Positions 25,912 through 37,700 of a stretch of 64,000 nt of DNA are shown here, piece after piece. Made by a program: the position numbers and the translations under genes. Under the pieces are notes generated by a model. That model saw nothing but the letters and a program-made list of their open reading frames with translations, was not told the origin of the DNA and searched no databases. The first letter of the stretch is position 1, and each line of letters opens with the position of its first letter. The stretch is from Thermoplasmatota archaeon (lineage in GTDB: Archaea > Thermoplasmatota > Thermoplasmata > UBA10834), in contig JBFMHR010000004.1 of NCBI GenBank assembly GCA_040751795.1, positions 128,001-192,000 of the forward strand, read 5' to 3'.

Positions 25912-26793
25912 TCACGGCCCGTTGTGCCTGAGCCAGTTGTCCCTGGCCCTTGAGGTGTTGAGCCTGTCGCCTATGACGCTCGCCACGAACGCCGTCGGCG
26001 GCAGGAGGAACATGAACGTCCCCCCGAGGGAGACGAGCTTGGTGGACCTCTTCATGGCGAAGAGCGCCCGGGAGTACTCCGTGTCCTCGGGGACCGCCCC
26101 CCGGAGCATGGACCGGGCTATGACCCTCTGTATGTCCAGGACGAGGAGGGTGGTCATCCAGACCACGTTCCGTATGGTGGTGTACTCGCCGCCGTAGCCG
26201 GTCCTGCGGGCCACGATGGCCTTCCTGAGCTCCTCCGCGGTCGTGCCGTCGAAGGTGGTGACGCCGTCCCCGACCATCATGGGGGCGTGGGCGTCGCTCC
26301 CGCCGGTGAGGGCCTTCCCCGAGCCGGAGCACTTGCCCAGGGCGAGGTCGTTGGAGTAGCGGTCCCTGTGGAACGCATTGAAGACCTCGACCCCGTCCAG
26401 GTCGAGGGAGAGCACCCTGTCGCCGAGGGCCGCGCAGTGGGCGCTGAAGGGGTGCGGGGCAACGGCGACGCCCCCCATGCCGTGTATGATGTCTATGGTC
26501 TCCGCGGCGGTGAGCCCGGCCGGGACCCCCTCCGTCAGGAAGAGGCCGAGGACCTCCCCCTCGGAGGTGAGGACCTCCTCGCCCACGACCACCTCCACCT
26601 CCTTGGCGTGCTTCCTCGCCTCGAGCCCGCCCCGTATGCCGTTGTGGTCGGTGACGCAGAGCACGTCGAGCCCCCTCGCCTCGGCCGCCCTGACGAGGTC
26701 CATGGGCTCGGTGACCGAGTCGGGGATCTTCAGGAAGAGCACCCGCGAGAGCCCTGAGTACTTGGTGTGGGTGTGGAGGTCGGCCGTGCCCAT
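25912..26793 (-). CDS. PHP-domain phosphoesterase
   Basis: DLHTHT, VTDHN, GEEV, PHPF, GGSDAH. Confidence 0.9.
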   Translation of the reverse strand: MGTADLHTHTKYSGLSRVLFLKIPDSVTEPMDLVRAAEARGLDVLCVTDHNGIRGGLEARKHAKEVEVVVGEEVLTSEGEVLGLFLTEGVPAGLTAAETIDIIHGMGGVAVAPHPFSAHCAALGDRVLSLDLDGVEVFNAFHRDRYSNDLALGKCSGSGKALTGGSDAHAPMMVGDGVTTFDGTTAEELRKAIVARRTGYGGEYTTIRNVVWMTTLLVLDIQRVIARSMLRGAVPEDTEYSRALFAMKRSTKLVSLGGTFMFLLPPTAFVASVIGDRLNTSRARDNWLRHNGP

Positions 26794-26842
26794 CTTATCC
26801 GTCCAGGCATGCGACTGGGGGGTTAAAAGGAATCCCCCCTCC

Positions 26843-27286
26843 TCACTTGGCGAAGTTCTGGGCGGTCTCCTCCCTGTCCATGGACTCCCCCAGGACCTGG
26901 CCGAGGATGACCCCTATGAACCCGCCCAGGACTATGACGAGGAGGGGTATGACGGTCATGTTGACGAAGAACATGAAGTAGAGGCCCGGGAAGATGATGG
27001 AGAAGTCGTATATCGTGAACGGGGCCGAGTACGCGGCGACGGCTATCGCGTAGCCGATGGCCACGTACAGCAGGACGGTGACTATGGCGAGGTCGGTCCT
27101 CCTCGTCAGGTACCCGGACGGCATCCCGAACATGATCGCCAGGAGGAAGAGCACGAGCATGTTCTTGTCCAGGGAGGGCGTGGTCAGGTTGGGGAAGATG
27201 AAGTCGAAGAAGACGAATGCGACCCCCGGGGCGCTCATGAGCGCCATCACCAGCATCCTCCTCCAGTCCTCGCCCCTGACCCTCAC
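26843..27286 (-). CDS. 4-TM membrane protein at the end of the Opp operon
   Basis: GTG start overlapping the upstream stop; four hydrophobic helices. Confidence 0.7.
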   Translation of the reverse strand: MRVRGEDWRRMLVMALMSAPGVAFVFFDFIFPNLTTPSLDKNMLVLFLLAIMFGMPSGYLTRRTDLAIVTVLLYVAIGYAIAVAAYSAPFTIYDFSIIFPGLYFMFFVNMTVIPLLVIVLGGFIGVILGQVLGESMDREETAQNFAK

Positions 27287-27885
27287 AGGTACTCGCCCCC
27301 GTAGTAGGTCCTCTCGATCCTGACCAGGTCGTTGAGGTAGAGCTCCCTGTAGTACTGGTAGTCGTGGTCGAAGCCGCCGGTGAAGGCGGTCATCCTGAAG
27401 TCGTGGACGAAGGGCATCGTCTCCAGGGTGTAGTCCTCGCCCTGGCCGGCCGAGTAGGAGATGAAGTCGAGGAGCCTCTGTAGGGTGGCGCCCGCCGGCA
27501 CCACGGCCCTGTACGAGACGGTGGTCGTGCTCTCGGCGGGGAACACGACCCCTTCGCTGGAGCTGTTGTAGGCCGAGGCCACGAACACGAACGAGGGGAC
27601 GTCGTCGGTCGAGTTGTCCACCCTGACCGCCCAGCTCATGGAGTGGACCGCCAGGTCCTTGTCGGACGGGTTGTAGACGTCGATCGACAGCGACACCATC
27701 AGCGAGCCGTTGTCCAGCTCCTCGGCCGCCTCGACCGCGTCCCTGAGCTCGACCCCCTGCCTCGCCTCCATCACGTCGGCGTAGGTCAGCGTGGAGTACA
27801 CGAGCGCCCCCGTGAAGAACAGGGCCGCTGCGACGGTGAGCGCGCTGACGAACCACCGCTTCCTCAGGTCCGATACCACTCCCAT
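27283..27885 (-). CDS. Membrane-anchored beta-domain hypothetical protein in the Opp operon
   Basis: N-terminal TM; VSLSIDVYNPSDKDL. Confidence 0.7.
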   Translation of the reverse strand: MGVVSDLRKRWFVSALTVAAALFFTGALVYSTLTYADVMEARQGVELRDAVEAAEELDNGSLMVSLSIDVYNPSDKDLAVHSMSWAVRVDNSTDDVPSFVFVASAYNSSSEGVVFPAESTTTVSYRAVVPAGATLQRLLDFISYSAGQGEDYTLETMPFVHDFRMTAFTGGFDHDYQYYRELYLNDLVRIERTYYGGEYL

Positions 27886-27913
27886 TCCGACGACCCCCCT
27901 CGGCCGGGCGGCG

Positions 27914-30037
27914 CTAGGGCGCCTGCCCGTAGAGGTAGCACGCCACCTCGTGGCCCCCGCCGGTGTCGAACTTGGGGGGCTCCTTGACCGTGATGAACTT
28001 CACCGCGACGGCGACCTTCGGGCCCTTGGCCGGCCTCTGCTGCACGCCCGCGACCGCCTTGGCGCACCTGTCCCCCGCGGCCGCCCTCTCCTTGAAGTAG
28101 GCCTGCAGGGCGGCGCCCAGCCTCCTCCAGTCCTCCTCGGGGCCCATGACCCTGACGAGGACCTTCTTCCCGTCCACCTTGACGGGCATCATGGCCCTCC
28201 CGAGCTCGGGGCTGTGGTCCCGGGCGAACTCCGAGCGCACCTCCCCCGCGATGTCCATGGCGACCTTCTTCGCGGGCTCCTTCGCCCCCCCGCAGGTGAC
28301 CGTCACGGTCCTCTTCCCCGGGTCGCCGACGATCCCCTTCACGCCCTTGAACTCGGGCCGGTTCTTGCGCCTGTGGTGCCTGACGAGGTCCTTCATGAAC
28401 GCCTGCGCCACCTCCACGTTCTCGGCGGCCGTCTCCGCGACCTCCAGGACGCACCTGCCCGCCTCGGCCCGTATGTCGGTCACGACCCCGTGCATCGGGT
28501 GCTTCGGGTCGCCGTACTTGACGGCCGCGGCGAGCTGGGGGCGCACCCTCTGGGGGTCATCGCAGCGCACGACCACGAGCTTGGCCGTCTGGTCGACCGC
28601 GACGTCCGCCGCGCGGGCTATGCCCGGGACGTCCTGGCGCTTCGCGCCCCTGACGAGCCTCCTGACGAAGGCGGCGGCGGCCTCGAGGTTCTTCCTGGAG
28701 GACATGCCGACAGTGATGGTTATGGTGCTCCCCCTGCGCGTTATGTCGGAGATTATCGCGTGCATCGGGTGGTCCGGCTCCCTGTACCTGGCCACCGACT
28801 CCAGGAGGGAGAAGAGCTCCCTGGCCAGGTCCTCGGAGGTCAGGGACGCCTGCCCGCAGGCTATCTCCACGACCCTGTCGCCCATGACGGTGTCGATGGC
28901 CTCCACGGCCTCGAACATGGGCACGGTCGCCCTGAGCTGGGACGCCCTGTCCCTGAGGTACGCCAGGATGTCGTCCGGCCTGGCCCCCTCCCTGAGGTGG
29001 AACCCGAGGACGAAGCCGTCGGGGTGGACCTTCTCGACGTCCCTGCCTATCGTGGCGTCGGGCTTCATGGCCCCCTGCGACTCCAGCCACTCGACGAGGT
29101 CCTCCCCCTGCCACCCGCAGGCCCTGAAGGCCTTGGGGCACCTGGGCCTGAACCTGCAGCCGAGGGGCACGTTGGCAGCGCTCGGTATCTCGCCCTTGAT
29201 CTTGATCCTCCCGTGCTTCGCCTCGGGGTCCGGCACGGGCACCGCGGACAGGAGCGCCTGCGTGTAGGGGTGCTTCGGCTCGAATATGACCTTGTCCGTC
29301 TCCCCGAGCTCCACGATGCTCCCCAGGTACATGACGCCGAGGCGGTCGCTGACGTACCTCGCGACGGCTATGTCGTGCGTGATGAAGAGGTAGGGTATGC
29401 CGTACTTGTCCCTGAGGTCGAGCATGAGGTTCAGGACGCCCGCCCTGATGGACACGTCGAGCATGGAGACGGGCTCGTCCGCGACTATGACCTTGGGCTT
29501 GATTACCAGCGCCCTGGCTATGGCGACCCTCTGCCTCTGCCCGCCGCTGAGCTCGTGCGGGAACCTGGCGAGGTACTCCTTCGCCGGCGCCAGCCCCGCG
29601 TCCTCCAGCGCCTGGACGACCATCTCGACCCTCTCCTCGAAGGTGTCGCCTATGTTGTGGTTCAGGAGGGGCTCCATTATGGTCTGGAGGACCGTGGTCC
29701 TCGGGTTGAGGGACTCGTACGGGTCCTGGAACACCATCTGGATGTTGCGCCTGAAGATCTTGACGTCCTCGCCCTCGAGGAGGGCGATGTCCCTGCCGAG
29801 GAAGAAGACGAACCCGTCGGTCGGGTCCTCGAGCCTCGTGAGGAGCCTCCCGGTGGTCGTCTTGCCGCAGCCGCTCTCGCCCACCAGGCCGAGGATCTCC
29901 CCAGACCTTATGTCGAAGCCGACGTCGTCCACGGCCTTGACCACGGGGACGTCCCTGCTGAACGACAGGAAGCCCTGCTTGAGCTCGAAGTACTTCTTGA
30001 GGTCCCTGACCTTGATGATGACCTCCCCCGCGGGCAT
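27914..30037 (-). CDS. oppF: Oligopeptide ABC ATPase OppF with ~375-aa insertion
   Basis: [32 protein letters not shown]; final HEVAC motif displaced by the insertion. Confidence 0.88.
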   Translation of the reverse strand: MPAGEVIIKVRDLKKYFELKQGFLSFSRDVPVVKAVDDVGFDIRSGEILGLVGESGCGKTTTGRLLTRLEDPTDGFVFFLGRDIALLEGEDVKIFRRNIQMVFQDPYESLNPRTTVLQTIMEPLLNHNIGDTFEERVEMVVQALEDAGLAPAKEYLARFPHELSGGQRQRVAIARALVIKPKVIVADEPVSMLDVSIRAGVLNLMLDLRDKYGIPYLFITHDIAVARYVSDRLGVMYLGSIVELGETDKVIFEPKHPYTQALLSAVPVPDPEAKHGRIKIKGEIPSAANVPLGCRFRPRCPKAFRACGWQGEDLVEWLESQGAMKPDATIGRDVEKVHPDGFVLGFHLREGARPDDILAYLRDRASQLRATVPMFEAVEAIDTVMGDRVVEIACGQASLTSEDLARELFSLLESVARYREPDHPMHAIISDITRRGSTITITVGMSSRKNLEAAAAFVRRLVRGAKRQDVPGIARAADVAVDQTAKLVVVRCDDPQRVRPQLAAAVKYGDPKHPMHGVVTDIRAEAGRCVLEVAETAAENVEVAQAFMKDLVRHHRRKNRPEFKGVKGIVGDPGKRTVTVTCGGAKEPAKKVAMDIAGEVRSEFARDHSPELGRAMMPVKVDGKKVLVRVMGPEEDWRRLGAALQAYFKERAAAGDRCAKAVAGVQQRPAKGPKVAVAVKFITVKEPPKFDTGGGHEVACYLYGQAP

Positions 30038-31356
30038 CAGGCACCCCTCCTGAGCCTGTCCCAGAGCTCGGCGGCGAAGTGGCAGAACGAGGTGTGGCCC
30101 GGCTCTATCTCCACGCCCTTCGGCCTCTCCAGCCTGCACCTCTCCTGGGCGTACTGGCACCTCGGGTGGAACGGGCAGCCGCTCGGCGGGTTGACGAGGT
30201 CCGGCGGGAACCCGGGTATGGACGCTAGCCTCCTCTTCGGCCCCTTTATGGAGGGGAAGGAGTTCAGGAGGCCGGCCGTGTAGGGGTGGGCGGTGTTCTT
30301 GAAGACCTGCGGGGTCCCGCCCAGCTCCATCATCATGCCGGCGTACATGACGCCTATCATGTCCGAGACCTCCGCCACGACCGAGACGTCGTGGGTGATG
30401 ATCATCATGGCCATGTTCCACTCCTGCTGGAGCTTCTTGATCTCGACCAGGATGCGGTCCTGGGTGATGACGTCGAGGGCCGTGGTCGGCTCGTCCGCGA
30501 TGATGAACGAGGGGGACAGGGCCAGCGCGAGGGCGATCATGGCCCTCTGCTTCATCCCCCCGCTGAACTCGTGCGGGTAGTTGCCTATCCTGTCCGGGTT
30601 TATGCCGACGAACTCGAATAGCTCCTTGGCCCGCTTCTCGGCCGCGGCGTCGTCGACCTCCTCGTGGAGCTGGATGGCCTCCTTGATCTGGTCCCCGACC
30701 TTGAAGACGGGGTTGAAGGCGTTCATGGCGCCCTGGAATATCATGGATATCTCGGTCCACCTGATCTTGCGGATGTCCTCGTTGTAGTCGTCGAGGGTGC
30801 CGTCCTTGCGGATGGAGAGGGAGAGGAGGTCGTGCCTGTTCTCCAGGGCCGCGAGCCTGAGCTTCGCGTCCCCTGCGTCGGGGCCGCCCGCGCCCGCCTG
30901 GGCCCGCACCCTCCTCAGCTCCTTGTCGTGCGCCTTCCTGATGCCGCTGAGCCGCGAGGCCTCCAGCTTGTCGAGCTTCGCGTGGAGCTTCTCCTCTTCG
31001 GCCTTCGTCGCGCCGCCCTTGCCCCTGGCCACGAGCTCGGCCAGGGCCTTCGTCGCGTCGGCGATCTGCCTGCTGACGGCCTCCTGCGACGCCTCGAACC
31101 TCGCCTCGTACTCGCGCCGGTACGCGGCGACCTTCTCCGGCTCCTTGTAGAAGATGTGTCCGCCCTTGATGTGCCCGTTCGGGGGCAGGAGCTGCGTTAT
31201 GGCGTACGCCGCGGTGGTCTTGCCGCAGCCGCTCTCGCCGACCAGGCCCATGGTCTGGCCGGAGTCGATGCTGAAGCTGACGCCGTCAACGGCCTTGACC
31301 CAGCCGTCGTGTATCTTGAAGTGCACCCTCAGGTCCTTCACTTCGAGCAGGGCCAT
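30037..31356 (-). CDS. oppD: Oligopeptide ABC ATPase OppD with ~100-aa helical insertion
   Basis: [32 protein letters not shown]. Confidence 0.9.
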   Translation of the reverse strand: MALLEVKDLRVHFKIHDGWVKAVDGVSFSIDSGQTMGLVGESGCGKTTAAYAITQLLPPNGHIKGGHIFYKEPEKVAAYRREYEARFEASQEAVSRQIADATKALAELVARGKGGATKAEEEKLHAKLDKLEASRLSGIRKAHDKELRRVRAQAGAGGPDAGDAKLRLAALENRHDLLSLSIRKDGTLDDYNEDIRKIRWTEISMIFQGAMNAFNPVFKVGDQIKEAIQLHEEVDDAAAEKRAKELFEFVGINPDRIGNYPHEFSGGMKQRAMIALALALSPSFIIADEPTTALDVITQDRILVEIKKLQQEWNMAMMIITHDVSVVAEVSDMIGVMYAGMMMELGGTPQVFKNTAHPYTAGLLNSFPSIKGPKRRLASIPGFPPDLVNPPSGCPFHPRCQYAQERCRLERPKGVEIEPGHTSFCHFAAELWDRLRRGA

Positions 31357-31360
31357 GTCG

Positions 31361-33625
31361 TCACCTCTTCCTCAGGCGCGGGTTGACTACCTCGTCGAAC
31401 GCCCGGCCTATCAGGTAGAACGCGAGGGAGAGGAGGGTGATGGCTATGCCCGGCGGCAGGAGCCACCAGGGCGCGTCCAGCGAGTGCCCGCTGATCTGCA
31501 GGTACTGGAGCATCATCCCCCAGGTTATGTTCGTCGGGTCCCCGAAGCCCAGGAACGCCAGGATCGCCTCCGTGACTATGGCGCCGCTGATGCTGAAGGT
31601 CATGTAGAGGAAGGTGAAGGGCAGGACGTTGGGGCCTATGTGCCTGAATATGAGGCGGCTGTCGGAGGCGCCCGACACTATGGCCGCGTCGACGAAGGCC
31701 CTCTCCTTTATGGAGAGGGTCACGGAGCGGATGACCCTCGCTATGCCCGCCCACGACAGGATGGCGAATATGATGACTATGTTCATCAGCGAGGGCCCGA
31801 AGGCGGCCGCGAAGAGGAGCATGATGACCAGGTAGGGCAGGCTCAGCATGACGTCGGTGGTCCTCATCAGGAGGTCGTCAATGAGGCCGGAGTAGAAGCC
31901 GGCCACGAGGCCGACTATGGTGCCTATGACCACGGAGAAGAACGCCGCGGTTATGCCCACCATGAGCTCCGCCCTGGTGCCGAACATGACCTGGGTGAGT
32001 ATGTCCTGGCCCTCCCAGTCGGTCCCGAGCGGGTAGTAGTTGCCCGACGGGTACGTCCCGGGCTCCAGGGGCGCTATGTTGACGCCGGTGAGCGTCTCCA
32101 CGAACAGCTTGTTGTCCGCCGTGACGACGCCGAAGTAGTTGCCGCCCCTGGCCGTCTCGATGTAGATGTTGCCCAGGAACGACACCGGCGTCACGGCCCC
32201 CCCGCCCGGCGCGGCGAAGGTGGCGTTGACCTTGAGCAGCGAGTTGGCGAGGTATATCGCACCCTCGTCCGTGCTGAAGACGTACATCAGCTGGCCTATG
32301 ACGTACTCGGGGTCGCTGTTGAGGAAGCCGTCGACCGTCGTGTACATCGTGTTGTTCTCCTTCACCCTGCCCGTCACCTTGTCGAGCCCGGCCACGAGGC
32401 CCATGGTGTCGACCTTCCCGACCGCCACTATGAAGTCGGGGGAGGAGTGCAGCGATGTTATCTCGAAGTCCCTGAGCCCCGTCATCAGGAGCTTGTTCGA
32501 CCAGGTCGTGCTCCCGTCCACCCTGTCGAAGGCAACGACCTCCTGCTCGGTCGAGGCCACGACGACGTACTCCTTGCCCAGCTCGGTGGTGGGCATGGAC
32601 GGGTACGGGAACGCCATCATGTTGTTCCCGGTGACCGGCTCGAAGGTCCTGTTGTCGATCGTGTAGTTGCGCGACCAGGCCATGTCCCCTATGGTGATGT
32701 TGGTGACGGTCCCCGTGAGGCCCGACGCGGTGATGTTCAGGGCGTAGGCACGCACCCCGAGGTCCGTCGGGACGAACACCATGCTCCCGTTGTCGAAGTC
32801 CCCGTCCACCACGAGGGGGTTCCCGATGATGGTGGCGTTGCCGAAGGTCATCCGGTTCACGAAGTCGACCGCGTCGACCCCCGCCTCGAAGACCGTGCCC
32901 GGGCGCTTGCTGAGCATCCAGAGGTCGTGGTCGTCGGCGAACGCGATGGCCAGCCTCGCGCTCTGGACCACGAAGGAGAACCCGTTCCAGAGGTTGGAAC
33001 GGTACTCGGGCTCGAAGGGGAGGTCGTAGGTCTCTATGAGCTGGAACGGGGCGGCGGTCGGCGTGGCGATGTACGAGCTGTACTGGTAGAGCTTGGTGCC
33101 GTCCTCGGTCGTGTTCATGATGAACAGGAACGAGGTCGAGTAGTGGACCTGCTCGATGTAGCTCGCGTTCGCGGGCAGGCGTATCGTTATCGGGTTCCCG
33201 ACGACTATGCCCAGCTGCCCGGAGATCACGCTTATGCCCTCGGTGACAGGGTAGACGAGGCACGTGCCATCCTCGGAGTACGCCAGCACCCTCTCGAGCG
33301 GGTGGTCCCTCAGGTTCGAGGTGAGGCCGATCACCTTGGTCCAGTTGCCCTCGGCCGTGAGGTTCATGGACGCGTAGTCGGCTATGAAGGTGTCTATCGA
33401 CGGGGCCTTGAAGTCCTCGTCGTACGGCGCGAGCCAGGGCGCGAAGACCGCCACGATGCAGAACCCGAGGACGATGGCCAGCCCGGCCAGGCCGGTCTTG
33501 GACTGCCTGTAGAGCTTCCACGTGTTCGCGAAGCCCCTGCCGAACTTGCGGAGGGCCTTCTGCCCCATCTCCTGGAGGTCGGCCGCCTCCTGAGCCTTCG
33601 GTGCCGGCCCCTTGTCCTCGGTCAT
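31361..33625 (-). CDS. oppC: Oligopeptide ABC permease OppC with large extracellular (beta-propeller-like) domain
   Basis: N-terminal TM with FAPWLAPY, ~450-aa insert, then PLGTD..GQD, EAA-like loop, WWLLPPG. Confidence 0.88.
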   Translation of the reverse strand: MTEDKGPAPKAQEAADLQEMGQKALRKFGRGFANTWKLYRQSKTGLAGLAIVLGFCIVAVFAPWLAPYDEDFKAPSIDTFIADYASMNLTAEGNWTKVIGLTSNLRDHPLERVLAYSEDGTCLVYPVTEGISVISGQLGIVVGNPITIRLPANASYIEQVHYSTSFLFIMNTTEDGTKLYQYSSYIATPTAAPFQLIETYDLPFEPEYRSNLWNGFSFVVQSARLAIAFADDHDLWMLSKRPGTVFEAGVDAVDFVNRMTFGNATIIGNPLVVDGDFDNGSMVFVPTDLGVRAYALNITASGLTGTVTNITIGDMAWSRNYTIDNRTFEPVTGNNMMAFPYPSMPTTELGKEYVVVASTEQEVVAFDRVDGSTTWSNKLLMTGLRDFEITSLHSSPDFIVAVGKVDTMGLVAGLDKVTGRVKENNTMYTTVDGFLNSDPEYVIGQLMYVFSTDEGAIYLANSLLKVNATFAAPGGGAVTPVSFLGNIYIETARGGNYFGVVTADNKLFVETLTGVNIAPLEPGTYPSGNYYPLGTDWEGQDILTQVMFGTRAELMVGITAAFFSVVIGTIVGLVAGFYSGLIDDLLMRTTDVMLSLPYLVIMLLFAAAFGPSLMNIVIIFAILSWAGIARVIRSVTLSIKERAFVDAAIVSGASDSRLIFRHIGPNVLPFTFLYMTFSISGAIVTEAILAFLGFGDPTNITWGMMLQYLQISGHSLDAPWWLLPPGIAITLLSLAFYLIGRAFDEVVNPRLRKR

Positions 33626-34611
33626 ATCCTCACCCTCGGGTCGAGATAGCTGTAGAGCATGTCGGCGACGAAGTTGCCCAGCAGCACCATGAGCGTTATG
33701 ATGTAGAGAGTGGCCTCGGCCACGGGGAAGTCGAGCTGGAACAGGGCCTGGATGTAGAGGGCACCCATCCCGGGGAAGCTGAACACGTTCTCGAGCACCA
33801 CGGCCCCGCCTATGGCGAACACGAAGGCTATGATGAACGAGGTGACCACGGGGAGCATCGCGTTCCTGGCCCCGTGCCTGAAGAGGACCTTCCTCTCGGG
33901 GAGGCCTATGGCCTTGGCCGTGATCATGTAGTTCTCGCCTATCACGTCCAGCATCGCCGTACGCATCAGGAGGACGGTGCCCGCCAGGGACAGCAGGAGC
34001 AGCACCAGCATGGGCAGGAACATGTGCCACGTGATGTCCAGGACCTTGAACAGGGTCGACCCGGGCTCGAGGCCGAATATGACGTCGGTCTCGTCGTACC
34101 ACCCCGTGAGCGGGAACCAGTCGAGCTCGGACGCGAAGACGACCAGGAATATGAGGCCTATCCAGAAGGAGGGCATGTTGTAGAACACGAGGCTGACCAC
34201 GACCGTGCTCCCGTCCAGGACGCCGCCCCTCTTCCACGCTATGAGGGCGCCGAGGTATATGCCGATGAGGTAGGCCAGTATGGTCGCCCCGCCGAAGAGG
34301 AGCATGGTGCGGGGTATCCTGTCGCCCAGGATGTCCCACACGTCCTGCGCCCTGCTGAAGGATATCCCGAAGTTGAAGGTCAGCATGTTGTACATGTATA
34401 TGCCGTACCTCGTCAGCGTGGTCTCGTTGTAGCCGTAGAGGTTGGACATGTACTCTATCTGCGAGGGCTGGATGTTCGGGTTGGTCCTCAGGAGGTCCTG
34501 CGGCCTCGCCGGCAGGGACTCGAACATTATGAAGATCAGGGTGAGGATTATCAGGAGGGTTATGAAGGTCTGGATGCTCCTTGCGATTATGTACCGGCTC
34601 ATCCCTGCCAA
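33622..34611 (-). CDS. oppB: Oligopeptide ABC permease OppB
   Basis: RYIIAR, FGISF, PSFWIG, TAKAIG, RNAMLP, DPRVR. Confidence 0.92.
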   Translation of the reverse strand: MAGMSRYIIARSIQTFITLLIILTLIFIMFESLPARPQDLLRTNPNIQPSQIEYMSNLYGYNETTLTRYGIYMYNMLTFNFGISFSRAQDVWDILGDRIPRTMLLFGGATILAYLIGIYLGALIAWKRGGVLDGSTVVVSLVFYNMPSFWIGLIFLVVFASELDWFPLTGWYDETDVIFGLEPGSTLFKVLDITWHMFLPMLVLLLLSLAGTVLLMRTAMLDVIGENYMITAKAIGLPERKVLFRHGARNAMLPVVTSFIIAFVFAIGGAVVLENVFSFPGMGALYIQALFQLDFPVAEATLYIITLMVLLGNFVADMLYSYLDPRVRI

Positions 34612-34773
34612 CGCGTCGCCCCCAAGCGAAAAGAGTTTGCCGCTTTGTGAACATTTAGTGTGCTATTAAAGCTTTGGTCAGTGGTGGTACGGGCTGGGCG
34701 ATGGCCCTGCCCCGCCATCAGGAATGAAAACCGCGAAAAGGTTTGCGGGAAGGGGTTTCGCGTCTCGGCCCGT

Positions 34774-37700
34774 CTACGCCTCAGGCTTCTCCTCGGGCGC
34801 CTCGGCCTCCTCGGCCGGGGCGGCTGGCTTCCTCATCTTCATGAGGAGCAGCACCGCGAGGACCACAGCGACGACCAGCATGGCTATGGCGACGATCCAC
34901 GGGAGCATGTCCGTCTCGGCCTCCTCCTCCGCCACGAGGGTGAAGGTCACGGAGACCTCGCTCTCCTGGCCTAGCGAGTCGGTGGCCGACACGACGACGG
35001 TGTGCTCGCCCTCGGCGAGGTCCTCCAGGACCTCCTCGATCGCCACGACGGTCGCGCCTGCCTCATCGAGCAGGTCTATCGGCGTCCCGCCGTCGACCGT
35101 GAGCGTCGCCTCGGAGAGCCCGTTCATGTCGTACACGCTGCCCAGAACCGTCGCGTTCGTCCCTGCGACCTCCTGGTCATCGGCCGGTACCGCGACCGCC
35201 ACCGTCGGGGCCTTGTTCACCATGGCGACCATCGCCCTGGCGCCGGAGGCCTCGTACGTTCCCTCGGTGGTGAGCTCGACCGCGACGAACGCCGCCGCCA
35301 CGTCCGACACCTCGGAGGTGTCGAGAGCGAAGGTGACGGTGCCGTCATCGGCCGTCACGGCCTCCGCGTTGAAGGCCATGCCGCCGCTGGTCGCTATCGT
35401 CACCGGCAGGCCGGCGACCGGGTCGCCGTTGAGGTCGACCACCGTCGCCGTCACCGTCGAGACGAACCCGAGCGGCTGGGGCGTCACTACCGCCTCGAAC
35501 GAGCCGAAGGCCACCCTGACGATGGGCTCGAACACGAGCTTCGTCTGGCTCAGCAGCGAGATCGTGCCGTCGACGTACGCCCTCATGTACAATATGGGGA
35601 CCGTCTCGTAGACCGGGATGTCGTACTCGCCGGAGGTCGTGTTGTAGGCCGCGCAGATTATCTCCCACTCCGCGGCCCCGTCCGCACCGGTCGCTATGGT
35701 GCTGTCAGGCGAGAGGCCGAAGTACCTCCAGTTCGCCTGGTACGCCGCAGCCTCGGCACCCTCCACGAGGTCGTTGTTCTCGTCGTAGACCCACATGTCG
35801 AGCGTGGTCGTGTCGAAGTCCGAGGTCTTGGCCTGCAGCACCGGGTCGGCTATCTCCCACCGTACCGCGGTGAACGCCATGGACCTGCCGTAGCCGTAGG
35901 AGCTCGATATGGTCGTCTGGCCCATGATCACGTGGTTGTAGGTGTTCCAGTCGAAGTCGGCCGTCGAGTCGGGGCAGAGGTAGACCATGAGCGCCTGGTC
36001 GAGGTGCGCAAGGTCGACGCCCTCGATGGTCATATCGTAGACACCGGCGACGATGTCGACGCCCTGCGCGTCGAGCGCAACGTAGTCGCCCACGTCGTCG
36101 TCCCAGACCCATCCGTCGAGGTACTCGGGCGCGGAGTACGACCCGGCCGACACTATGTTGACGCCGTCGGCATCGGTCAGTATGTTCATGCCCGCGTAGT
36201 CCCAGAGGGTGTTGTACTCGGAGCCGGACCAGTCCGTCATCTGGCCGTAGTCGGTGGCCGCGACGAGCACGCTGCCCGTGACCCCGTCCGCCGCGACGCC
36301 GTCAGAGTCGAACACGTGGAAGGTCAGGTCGACCGAGCCCAGCGCATCGATGAACTTCGAGGTCGCGTACTGCGCGTACCCTCCGAACATCGGCGCGGCC
36401 GGCGGGTCCGCCGGGTCCACGTAGGTGAAGGTGACCGTGTCCTCGATCACGTTGGGCTCGGTCAGCTTCCCTATGGTGACCCTCAGGGCGCCGGAGGCTC
36501 CGGTGTCGTCCATCGTGACGGTCAGGTCGGCCGTCCCGTCGGCTGCGGTGGTTATCTCGAAGTCCGGCGAGACGACCATCGCCTCGTCGCTGTAGACGAC
36601 GTCGAGCGTCTCACTGCCTATCGCCGTCCCTTCCACGTCCGTCAGGCTCACCGTTATGGTGGCCGAGTCGGTGGTCGGGCTCAGGGCGGTGGTTGTCACG
36701 GAGTCCACGCTCACGAGCATCCAGTCCGGTGCATCGTCGTTGTAGACGACCAGGCCCGCGGACGCCACGTTCGTGTACAGGTACCCTTCCATCGAGACGG
36801 AAGCGGATATCGACACGAGCATGTGCTGGTTGAGCAGGTCGGCCTCCGGGGCGGTGTACTGCATCACCACGGTGCCGTCTGCTCCGGTCGTGGCGATCTC
36901 GGGGTCGATCGTACCGTACCCTAGCAGGTACTTGTCGATCATGACCTCGGCCCCCTCGACCGGCCCGTCGGCATTGCCGACGAAGCACGTGACGTCTATC
37001 GTCTCGCCAGCGACCACCGATGTCTGATCGGGTGTCACGACGACACCCAGCCCGCCCTTGGTGTAGGTCCTGATCATGGCGGAGTCGGAGTCGGACGATG
37101 TGCCCATCGTGACGTCGGCCCTCACGGTCGACTCGCCGATCTCGGTGCCCGTCACGTCGAAGGTGAACACGCCTGCCGCGTCGGTCGTGCCCGAGGCGGG
37201 CGCCACTGTGACGCCTCCGCCGGTCACGTTGACCGCGACGGTCGCGCCTTCGACGACGTCCCCGAGGTTGTCGATGACGACCACGGTGGCCTCGACGGTC
37301 TCACCGGACCGGACCTTGCCCGGCAGGGTGAGCCCGGCGCTCACGTCCGTGACGGCACCGCCGCCGGAGGTCTCGCCGGCGCCGGCGTAGTCCAGCATGG
37401 CCAGGTTGAAGCCGTTCATGAGCGTCCCGTCGAACTGGGTCCAGTTCGTCCAGGCCCTGTTGTGGGCCTCGACGTTCACCCTGTAGTACAGGACGTTGCA
37501 CGGGATGGCCTGGGCGATGATCTCCTGGCCCTGCTTGGTCAGGTCGATCTGGTCGGCGGTTATGAAGCTGGCCCTCGCATCCTGCTCGATCTCGAAGAAC
37601 TCGTCGGCAAGTGCGATGGTCGCCTCGTCAGCGAGCGTGCTCACGCCGCCCAGCTCAGCGTACCAGGGGTTCTCGTGCGTCGGGGACCAGAAGGCCCACG

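Noticed and set aside
27985-29115. Intein in OppF
   Set aside because: No terminal His-Asn followed by Cys/Ser/Thr and no LAGLIDADG motifs; the insert is internally repeated instead
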